Part shown: positions 38,525-46,587 of the stretch, piece after piece
Layout of the letters: each line of letters begins with the position of its first letter
Position numbering within the stretch: position 1 is the first letter of the stretch
NCBI GenBank assembly: GCA_947652325.1
Contig: CANTCQ010000001.1
Coordinates: 198,725-262,724, forward strand
Direction of reading: 5' to 3'
DNA: 64,000 bases
Source of the DNA: an uncultured Mycoplasmatota bacterium
Lineage (GTDB): Bacteria > Bacillota_I > Bacilli_A > RF39 > UBA660
Translations under genes and position numbers: made by a program
Notes under the pieces: generated by a model
Database searches by the model: none
What the model was told of the DNA's origin: nothing
The model's input: the letters and a program-made list of their open reading frames with translations, nothing else

Positions 38525-40956
38525 ATGGAAGAAAAGAAAAATTTCCCAACTAGAAAAAGTGTGGGGGGGGGATATTAGATAAAAAGTCCCTAAATAGTCT
38601 AGAAAAGAAAATATTTTTAATTATAAGTATTTTATGTTTTTCAATATTAATAGTAGGAATAACATATGCGTATATAGCATATTATACAAATCAAAAAGGA
38701 ATCAATGTGTTAGAAACAGATTGTGTACATATAGATATGGAAGATTTAAGTGAAGGAATAAGTCTAAGAAATGCTTACCCCTTAACAGATGAACAAGGAT
38801 ATAATACAAAACCATATCGATTTCGTATAACAAATACATGTAATATAGGAGTAGATTATAATGTAAATATAGAAGTATTTGATATAGCAAATAGAATGTC
38901 TAGTAAAAATGTAGCAGCAAAAGTAGACGAGTTTGAAAAGAAAATATTGACAAGTGAAATAAGTACAACTCCTACTTATACTGGAGATGAAGGAACATCA
39001 ATAGAGAGTTATAATGTATATACAAATACACTTTCACCAGGAGAAAGTAAAAGTCATGATATAAGAATATGGTTAGATGAGAGTGCAGGAAATGATTCTC
39101 AAAATAAAGAATTTAAAAGTAAAATAGTAATAGAAGCAATACAAAATCAAATAGCGCAGATGACATTTAGTGAATATATTATAGACCAAAGCAAGTCACA
39201 AGATAGAGGAATAGAGAGAATAGAACATGAAGCAACAGAACAAATTCCGGCTTTAACGGATTATAGATATACAGGAGCAAATCCAAATAATTATGTATAT
39301 TTTGGATGTAGTGAAAATTGTACAGAAGAGAATCTATATCGAATTATAGGAGTAATACCAACACAAAGTAGCGAAAATGGAGCATATGAAAACCGTGTAA
39401 AGTTAATCAAAGCAAGTGAATATATTGGCCCTAATGCTGAGGATGGTTCAAGATTTACTCCAAGTGGAAAAGGATATAAATGGAATGCAGATGGAAATAA
39501 TAAATGGGAAGAAAGTACATTAAAAGAAGAGTTAAACACAGAATACTGGAATAGTTTAGAAGAATATCAAAAATATATAGAACCTTCAAAATGGTATTTA
39601 GGGTCTCCACTTGGTGAGAAACAATCAACATATACTTCTGAACAATTTTATAAAGAAGAGCGAAGCAAAACGCCAGGATATAGTCAGGGAGCAATATCCT
39701 ATATAGATAATATAGGATTAATGTACCCAAGTGATTATGGCTATTCACTAGAAAAAAAATATAGAGAACCATCTATTTATGAAAACGAATTACATTATAG
39801 GAGTCAAGCATGGCTATATAATATGGAAGAAAAATATTATGAATGGACAATAACTCCAGAAAATACAAGTCAGGATTTTGTAAAAGTGTGGGTAGTCGAT
39901 AAACAAGGAAGAATAGATTATTATCGAGCTTATTATGATAATTATTTATTTATTGCCCGACCAACCTTTTATTTAAAGAGTAGTATAATGTATGGGGGAG
40001 GATTAGGTACAAAAGAAGAACCATTTCAAATAATAGAAAATTCCAATCGAATGAGTGATTATATAATAGCAAAAAGTACAACCGATGAGACAATAGAAAA
40101 AGTGAGTCATGAAGCAACAGAACAAACTCCGACTTTAACGGATTATAGATATACAGGAGCAAATCCAAATAATTATGTATGTTTTGGCTATGAAGGAGAA
40201 AGATGTCCAGATGAAAATTTATATCGAATTATAGGAGTAATACCAACGCAAAGTAGCGAAAATGGAGCATATGAAAATCGTGTAAAGTTAATCAAAACAA
40301 GTAATTATGTAGAAAATGAGAGTGGTTATTTAGAAAATAGTATTGGTCCTGCTACTCCAGAAGGAACAGGTTATCGTTGGAATAAAGATGCTAATATTAA
40401 TAATTGGGAAGAGAGTTCATTGAATACTAAAGTTTTAAATAATATATATTGGAACTCTTTAGGAGAATATCAAAAATATATAGAATCATCAAAATGGTAT
40501 TTAGGTTCATTAAACAATGATATGTATGAATTATATACAGTAGGAAATTTATATAATGTAGAAAGAAGCAATGTTTCTTCTTATAGTGGTGGAGCAACAT
40601 TCTACATAAGTAATATTGGTTTAATGTATCCAAGTGATTATGGATATTCCATATCAAAAGAATATTGGAATAATAATAGTATAAGTAATTATCAAAATGA
40701 ATATATAAAAAATGCATGGTTATATAATTTAAGTGGTGGAGAATACGTAGAATGGTTGATTTCTGCTTCACATGATTTTCCAAATGGCAGTGTTTCTGCA
40801 TGGAATATTGGATATACTGGAAATATTTGGGGAGGTTTTAGTGTAATTTATTTTGCTCAAGTGTATGCAATACGTCCTACCTTTTATTTGAAATCTAGTG
40901 TATTATTTCGAGGAGGAGAAGGAACAATAGATAATCCTTATTATTTATCAATATGA
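38525..40956 (+). CDS. phase-variable surface-anchored protein with two tandem modules of about 294 aa, currently frameshifted at a G9 tract
   Basis: The ATG at 38525 follows a GGAGGA RBS. With G9 the reading frame stops at 38576-38578. One extra G joins it to the long ORF (track entry 38707-40956), which is open back to 38572 and encodes the signal anchor KKIFLIISILCFSILIVGITYAYIAYY. Confidence 0.7.
38563..38571 (+). repeat. homopolymeric G9 tract inside the 5' coding region
   Basis: The nine G residues were counted directly from the sequence. Confidence 0.95.
39226..39420 (+). repeat. near-identical internal direct repeat, copy 1 (partner at 40108-40300)
   Basis: CATGAAGCAACAGAACAAA.TCCG.CTTTAACGGATTATAGATATACAGGAGCAAATCCAAATAATTATGTAT and TATATCGAATTATAGGAGTAATACCAAC.CAAAGTAGCGAAAATGGAGCATATGAAAA.CGTGTAAAGTTAATCAAA are shared with copy 2, 882 nt downstream. 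Confidence 0.85.
40108..40300 (+). repeat. near-identical internal direct repeat, copy 2
   Basis: See copy 1 at 39226-39420. Confidence 0.85.
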
Positions 40957-41135
40957 TAGATATAAAAACACTTCGGAAGAGCAGAGGGTATACACAAAAA
41001 GAATTAGCTGCAAAATTGGGAATTAAACAACAACAATATGCAAGATATGAAAGTGGAACTACTAAAATTTCAGTATCTATGTTAGAAAAAATATTAGATA
41101 TCTGTCAATATAAAATGAAAATTGTGAAAAAATAA
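40953..41135 (+). CDS. XRE-family helix-turn-helix protein (60 aa)
   Basis: The HTH motif is RKSRGYTQKELAAKLGIKQQQYARYESG. The start forms an ATGA overlap with the stop of the surface-protein gene. Confidence 0.8.
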   Translation: MIDIKTLRKSRGYTQKELAAKLGIKQQQYARYESGTTKISVSMLEKILDICQYKMKIVKK

Positions 41136-41228
41136 AATTATCAAAGTAGATAATTGCTAATAATTGGTGTTTTGTCATAAGCACCATTTTTTTTATGGCA
41201 TAAAATAGACTAGAAAGGAAATGGTAAT

Positions 41229-41561
41229 ATGAAAAATAATCGTTGTATGGATACAAGTATGTTTCCTGAAACTAATCAAACAACTACGGAAACAAATATA
41301 AATGTTGAAATGGGTATGGGAATGCCTGGAATGATGGGAATGGGTTGCTCATGTCCACCTCAATCTATGATGTGTCCACCTGTTATGGAATGTCCGCAAG
41401 TTAGATGTTGTCATAGAGTTATTAATTATGAAGTACCTCATATTATTCCTTGCCATACAAAAATGATTAATCATCATGTTTATAGACATACTTATCAACC
41501 ATGTTTTAGTTATTCAGAAGAAGACGAATGTTCTGAAGTTTATGACCAAAAATGTTGTTAA
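41229..41561 (+). CDS. Cys/Met/His-rich protein, CotD-like spore coat protein
   Basis: VINYEVPHIIPCHTKMINHHVYRHTYQP resembles the VPHIHP.HT..VNH..F.H motif of Bacillus CotD. The N-terminal half is rich in MGMGMPGMMGMG and Cys. Confidence 0.55.
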   Translation: MKNNRCMDTSMFPETNQTTTETNINVEMGMGMPGMMGMGCSCPPQSMMCPPVMECPQVRCCHRVINYEVPHIIPCHTKMINHHVYRHTYQPCFSYSEEDECSEVYDQKCC

Positions 41562-41562
41562 A

Positions 41563-41590
41563 AATCTCGAGAAATCGAGATTTTCTTTTG
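41563..41590 (+). terminator. rho-independent terminator
   Basis: Hairpin AATCTCGA..TCGAGATT followed by TTCTTTT. Confidence 0.65.
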
Positions 41591-41673
41591 AAATCAAATT
41601 TTGTCAAATTATAGCGCATTTTGTCTTTTTTTCATGTTAGAAAAATGCTATAATAGTTTTTAAGGTGATGGTA

Positions 41674-42009
41674 ATGAATAATAAAGGTTACACAATTCCA
41701 GAATTATTAATTGTTATTGTGATAGTAGGGATTTTTTCTATTGTTGCAATTAATAAAGCAAGTTATGCTTTTGTGGATACAGATACAATTGGAGAGCAAA
41801 CGGAAAAGATGATTTTAGTTAAGAGTGCCACTGCTTATGCAAATAGTATAAAAAATGAATTAAAATCAGATGTTGACCGTTATATTGTAGGAAAAGATTT
41901 AGTAGATGTAGGTTATTTAGTAGATGATGAGCACATATATACAAATGTGAAAGTAAAATTAAGTTATCATGCTGAAAATGATACTGTTTCAGCCAATATT
42001 TTAGAATAA
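41674..42009 (+). CDS. prepilin-type N-terminal cleavage/methylation domain protein (pseudopilin-like)
   Basis: MNNKG|YTIPELLIVIVIVGIFSIVAI has the class III signal with Glu at +5. The RBS is AAGGTGA. Confidence 0.75.
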   Translation: MNNKGYTIPELLIVIVIVGIFSIVAINKASYAFVDTDTIGEQTEKMILVKSATAYANSIKNELKSDVDRYIVGKDLVDVGYLVDDEHIYTNVKVKLSYHAENDTVSANILE

Positions 42010-42010
42010 T

Positions 42011-43924
42011 ATGGCAATAACAAAAACGAATTTTATTCATTTTACTAGATGTCCTAGGTATGCAAGTTTAGCAGAACTAAAAAAAGAAAGATTAGAAGCA
42101 GATATTAGTTACAAAGAATACAAACAAGCCGAATTACAGGAAAATTTAAGTGAAATTATTGGTTCTATGTATGAAATCAATGAAGAAACAGGAGAAGAAA
42201 CGGATTTAGTAGATAAAGTAAATCGCCAGTTGGAAGCCATGATGGATTATTATAAATTAGTTGAAAAAGAAGCTGGACGAATTAGTGAAAAAACATTTGG
42301 TGGAAAATCTATTTTTGCTGAAAAAACAAAAGACCAAGAGTGTTTTGATTTTTCTATGCATGGTATAAAATATAAGTGTTATGTTGATATTTACAATGAA
42401 AATGCACAAGGAATTAATATTATAGAAGTAAAAGCAACTACAAGTAAAAAATATAAGGAATTAATGGCAGGTCATAAAAAATGTGATAAGTATTCTATTT
42501 GGGAAAAAATAAATAATATAAATTATTTAAAAGGAGAACTTTCTCATTATGATTTAGAATCAGAAATGCCTTTAAAAGATTATGAAAAACATAAACATAA
42601 ATTTTTTGACCGTTATCGTCTAGGACAATATGTTTATGATTTGGCCATTCAGCGTTATATTATTGAGCACGAATATAAAAGTACCCATACAGAAGAAAAA
42701 TTAAAAAATTTTCATTATTATTTAGGAGTTTTAAATGCTGATTATATTTTTGATGGCACGTATGACAATGGAAATCCTGTTTATAATGTTGATGTCAATG
42801 GTAATGAGTTGATTACTTTTTTTGATATGACGCAAATCACAGAAGAATATCAAAAATTTGTAGACGCTGACCGAGAAAGATTAGAATATTATTTAAATGA
42901 TTTGGATGCATCTCCTTATCCTTTAGGGGAATATTGTGGATTTAAAAAACAGAGTGGTTGTAAATTTTTTAATCCCATTTGTGGTAAAAGAATACCTGTT
43001 AAAAATTCAAGTCTGTCTTATATTCATAATGGTTTTGGATTTGTAGATGAAAGCGGAGAAAGAAGAAAAGGATTAGAATTAATTAATGAAGGATATCTTC
43101 AAATGCTTGATGTTCCTGAAACTTGGATTACAAAAAAAGCACATCTCATACAAAGAAATTGTTTGGAATTTGATAGAGTTTATGTAGATAAGGAAAAGAT
43201 TTACAATGGCTTAAAACAATTAAAATATCCAATATATCATTTGGATTTTGAAACAATGCCTTGCCCTGTTCCAAGATTTCGAGGAGAATGGCCTTATATT
43301 CAATCTCCTTTTGAGTTCAGTTTACATATTGAGCGTGAACCAGGTATTTGTGATAAAGAAAAAGATAATATTGTATTTCTTGCTAAAACCCATCAAGATG
43401 AGCGAGAAGAAATGATAAAATTAATGCTTGAATATATGAATCCTGATGAAGGTACTTTATTTGCTCAAAATGTAGCTTTTGAAAAAGCAAGAATTAAGGA
43501 AATGGCTAAAATATTTCCTGAATATCGTGTCCCATTAATGAAACTTTATGATAGAGGGTTTGATTTGTTATGGCTTGTTAATACGAATTCTAAGATGTAT
43601 ATGGATTTAGGATATGATGAAGAGCGTGCCAAAACTTTTAATTTTTATGATAAAAGACTGTCTGGCTCTTTTTCTATTAAAAAAACATTGCCTGTTTTTA
43701 GTGATTTAAAATACGATAATTTAGTCGTTAAGAATGGAACAGAGGCCATTGTTGAATATGCAAATTATGAAAAAATGAGCAAGGAAGAGTATGCTTTAAA
43801 ATACCAAGCTTTGCTTATTTATTGTCAGCAAGATACTTGGGCGATGGTAGAAATTTTGAATGCTTTACGAGAACTTGTAAAAGATTTGTCAAAAAATGGT
43901 GAAAATGTTGTCATGTTTACATAA
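42011..43924 (+). CDS. DUF2779-type protein: Cas4/RecB-like PD-(D/E)xK nuclease N-domain plus DEDDy-like exonuclease C-domain
   Basis: The N-terminus FIHFTRCPRY and CGFKKQSGCKFFNPIC supply one plus three Cys. VDIYNE..IIEVKAT fits the D..ExK motif. The C-terminal part has HLDFET, NVAFEKARI and YCQQD. The start is 1 nt after the pilin-like gene. Confidence 0.7.
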   Translation: MAITKTNFIHFTRCPRYASLAELKKERLEADISYKEYKQAELQENLSEIIGSMYEINEETGEETDLVDKVNRQLEAMMDYYKLVEKEAGRISEKTFGGKSIFAEKTKDQECFDFSMHGIKYKCYVDIYNENAQGINIIEVKATTSKKYKELMAGHKKCDKYSIWEKINNINYLKGELSHYDLESEMPLKDYEKHKHKFFDRYRLGQYVYDLAIQRYIIEHEYKSTHTEEKLKNFHYYLGVLNADYIFDGTYDNGNPVYNVDVNGNELITFFDMTQITEEYQKFVDADRERLEYYLNDLDASPYPLGEYCGFKKQSGCKFFNPICGKRIPVKNSSLSYIHNGFGFVDESGERRKGLELINEGYLQMLDVPETWITKKAHLIQRNCLEFDRVYVDKEKIYNGLKQLKYPIYHLDFETMPCPVPRFRGEWPYIQSPFEFSLHIEREPGICDKEKDNIVFLAKTHQDEREEMIKLMLEYMNPDEGTLFAQNVAFEKARIKEMAKIFPEYRVPLMKLYDRGFDLLWLVNTNSKMYMDLGYDEERAKTFNFYDKRLSGSFSIKKTLPVFSDLKYDNLVVKNGTEAIVEYANYEKMSKEEYALKYQALLIYCQQDTWAMVEILNALRELVKDLSKNGENVVMFT

Positions 43925-43959
43925 TGTTTAGTATGATAGTAATGTAAGGATGTGAAGAT

Positions 43960-44166
43960 ATGTTATACCCATCAATTGATAAATTATTAAATATAGTGGA
44001 TTCAAAGTACAAACTTGTTCATGTTGCTTCTATCAGAAGTAAACAAATGAGTGAAAAAAATCATTACCAAATGAAAGAAAAGGAATACTGTAATAAAAAA
44101 GAACTTGGTCGTGCTTTAGAGGAAGTAGAAAAAGGGCTAATAACTTTAAAAGAAAAAGAAAGTTAA
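43960..44166 (+). CDS. rpoZ: DNA-directed RNA polymerase subunit omega
   Basis: MLYPSIDKLLNIVDSKYKLVHVASIRSKQM matches the Firmicute RpoZ N-terminus. Confidence 0.85.
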   Translation: MLYPSIDKLLNIVDSKYKLVHVASIRSKQMSEKNHYQMKEKEYCNKKELGRALEEVEKGLITLKEKES

Positions 44167-44216
44167 AAAAATACTTGCGAAATGAAAATGGTTATGGTAT
44201 CATAATCTTGTCTTTT

Positions 44217-44293
44217 GGGGAATTAGCTCAGCTGGCTAGAGCACCACGTTTGCACCGTGGGGGTCAAGGGTTCGAATCCCTTATTCTCCACCA
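44217..44293 (+). tRNA. tRNA-Ala (anticodon UGC), encoded CCA
   Basis: The acceptor stem GGGGAAT/ATTCTCC carries the G3:U70 identity pair. The anticodon arm is CCACG-TTTGCAC-CGTGG and the T-loop is GGTTCGAATCC. A promoter (TTGCGA-17-TATCAT with TG) lies at 44175-44203. Confidence 0.92.
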
Positions 44294-44389
44294 GATTGAT
44301 AGGAAACTCGAACTTTTAGATTTTATGAGGGTTCGAGTTTTAATATATCTAAATTTATGATAGAATATTTATAGAAATTAAATTGAATA

Positions 44390-44434
44390 TGTCAATTTAG
44401 TAAACACACTTGCTCATTGCATATGTCAATGAGC
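44390..44434. repeat. conserved leader motif, copy 4 (TGTCAATTTAGTAAACACACTTGCTCATTGCATATGTCAATGAGC)
   Basis: The first 24 nt match copy 1 apart from a 1-nt length difference in the A-run. It lies downstream of a TGATAGAAT extended -10 at 44358-44366. Confidence 0.7.
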
Positions 44435-44461
44435 TTAATAAGCAAGTATTAGGGGATACTA

Positions 44462-45272
44462 ATGGATAAGATAAAGAATATAGAAAAATATATAGATACA
44501 GTTAAGTTGCATAGTAATTTTTTTAAAAAGTATTATTTTCATTTTAACTAAACTGGATTCTATTTTACACCATGGGATACTATCTAAAAATCTAATTCAA
44601 CAAAAATATTTACCTAGTCTTTATACACATGATGGTCGCGATTTTGATTCAAAAAATGGAAATACTTATGTATCTTTAACTCGATATACAGATAATTGCG
44701 AATTTTCTACTATGTTTGAGTCGTTTCCACTTCATACTTTGACATGTCTATCACTATTAGTAAATAAATCTATTAATGTAGAAAAACAAGGAGAAAGAGA
44801 AACATTTTTTGATGATGAATTGTTTTGTTTGGATTCAATTCCAAATTCAAACCTTGAGGGAATTATTCTTCCTGAACATTTATCTACACTATTAATTAGT
44901 GAAGTTAATTGTTTACCAAATGATCTTTCTTGCTATACTAAATCTTATCTTAATCATTGGATAGATTGTATGCAAAGATATTTTAATACAGCCTTACCGT
45001 ATGAAGTGATTGAAGAGATAAAAGCTAGTCATGAGCAATTATGGGATATTTTAGAAGAGTATGAAAATCCAGATAGATGGGTGCAATCTGCAATTAGAAC
45101 ACAACGTGATCAGTATGGTAAAGATTTAAAAGATGTTCTTGCAAATATATTACAAAACTTATGGTCAAAAAAATTTGATATATCTAATCCAACATATATA
45201 GATGTTTTAATGAGAGTAAATGACAACCAATTACCAGTTTATGAAATAAAGCAGAAAAAACGAATAATTTAA
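44462..45272 (+). pseudogene. hypothetical protein, frameshifted in a T7/A5 run
   Basis: The ATG at 44462 (RBS AGGGGA) reads 29 codons to a TAA. The long downstream frame (track ORF 44712-45272) is open back to 44496. Loss of one T in the run at 44518-44524 would fuse the two frames. Confidence 0.5.
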
Positions 45273-45273
45273 A

Positions 45274-45327
45274 ATTTGTTGTACTTCTCTTTTTTGGGCA
45301 CCATTAAAGGATTATACGAACCACTTC
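45274..45327. repeat. cassette junction repeat (ATTTGTTGTACTTCTCTTTTTTGGGCACCA + TTAAAGGATTATACGAACC)
   Basis: Nearly identical to 7174-7203. It starts 2 nt after the stop of the preceding gene. Confidence 0.7.
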
Positions 45328-45365
45328 TATATTTCGTAGAAGGGTTCGCAACCATTAGAACAATA

Positions 45366-45394
45366 AAAAGAGACGCAAAATAGCGTCTTTTTTT
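45366..45394 (+). terminator. rho-independent terminator
   Basis: Hairpin AGACGC..GCGTCT followed by a T7 run. Confidence 0.65.
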
Positions 45395-45467
45395 ATGCAT
45401 AAATGGTTATTTATTGTCGATTGGTGATATAATAGATTTACGAAGTATCTTTGCAGGAGGTTTAAAA

Positions 45468-46586
45468 ATGAAGGATAATGTTTTTAATATAAATATTTAC
45501 GAAACAGTAGCAAATTCATCAGAATACATACCTATTATTATCGGAGGATTATTTGGATTAACAACTTTAATGTTAGCAGTATTCTCTTTAATAAGTAATG
45601 ATGTAACAAAAAAAACTTCTGGTTTTTCTCTTATCAATCTAAAAAGATATAAAAGATGGCTTTTACTTTTGCCAATATATTTGGTTTTCATAACAACATT
45701 TCTTATGATGTTCTTTGAAAGTCTTAACAATGAAACTTTTTTGTTCATTAGTACAGTTGTAATTATATTAGTGGTTTCTTTACAAACAAACTTTATACTA
45801 CAGCCTTTATATAATCAAAATAAATGTAAACAAGCAATAATTAAAAATAGAGTTAATTCATTCAAGAAAAAAATAAAGAAATCTAAAACGAATAATAAAA
45901 TTGAAGAAATATTAGAGAATGAAAAAGTAGAGCTATTTGACTTGATAGCATTTGATAATGAAGAAAATAAATATGTTTTACTAAATGACAAAAAAATTAT
46001 CTATACTTCATATATCGAAGTTCTTAGAGAAAAGAAAGAATCTATGAATGAAAGTTTAAATATTAGTTTAATAGAAATAGGAATAAATATATTTGGAGAT
46101 GATTTTGTGGATATTTCAAGTGATTTTGAATTTCCTGAAATAATATTACTAGATGTATTTTTAAATAGAAATAAAACAAAATTTAGTATTTCACTACATC
46201 AAAGAAATTTAGAGTTGATTCATACATTGTTTGAATCACATAGGAATGGTGCTCCTATTGAAACAATTTATAATGACGAACAAATAATATTATTTTTAAC
46301 TCAAACTGTTATGAATCCAGAGGCAATGATTTTTATTTTAAATTATATTTTTGATACAGCTAATTGGAGCTATAGCGATTCATCTTTCATCAAGTTCTTA
46401 TTATCTGTTTTTTCAAATTCATTTCATATATTTTCTAAAATGTATGAAACATATCTTAACGAAGAAACATATAAAAGATTTGAAGATATTATGATTAATT
46501 TTAAAAACAAAAAGGAATTGAAAAAAGAAAATGATGAATTTGATATTAGATTTAATTTAATCATTAAAACTTTAAGTGAGGTATAG
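45468..46586 (+). CDS. hypothetical membrane protein (3 N-terminal TM helices plus a cytoplasmic domain)
   Basis: The ATG at 45468 follows an AGGAGG RBS. The hydrophobic segments are IPIIIGGLFGLTTLMLAVFSLI, LLLLPIYLVFITTFLMMFF and FLFISTVVIILVVSL. Confidence 0.55.
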   Translation: MKDNVFNINIYETVANSSEYIPIIIGGLFGLTTLMLAVFSLISNDVTKKTSGFSLINLKRYKRWLLLLPIYLVFITTFLMMFFESLNNETFLFISTVVIILVVSLQTNFILQPLYNQNKCKQAIIKNRVNSFKKKIKKSKTNNKIEEILENEKVELFDLIAFDNEENKYVLLNDKKIIYTSYIEVLREKKESMNESLNISLIEIGINIFGDDFVDISSDFEFPEIILLDVFLNRNKTKFSISLHQRNLELIHTLFESHRNGAPIETIYNDEQIILFLTQTVMNPEAMIFILNYIFDTANWSYSDSSFIKFLLSVFSNSFHIFSKMYETYLNEETYKRFEDIMINFKNKKELKKENDEFDIRFNLIIKTLSEV

Positions 46587-46587
46587 T

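Noticed and set aside
38702-40801. Five minus-strand ORFs of 62 to 124 aa (38702-38890, 39291-39539, 39455-39772, 39950-40168, 40427-40801) opposite the surface-protein gene.
   Set aside because: They are Leu/Tyr/Ile-rich shadow ORFs of a long, internally repeated plus-strand gene with no independent signals.
39150-40956. Diversity-generating retroelement (template/variable repeat) explanation for the near-identical segments in the surface-protein gene.
   Set aside because: No reverse transcriptase is nearby, and the differences between copies are not adenine-specific. Tandem domain duplication fits better.
44175-44360. 61-aa ORF in the track.
   Set aside because: It reads straight through the tRNA-Ala gene and its terminator, so it is not coding.
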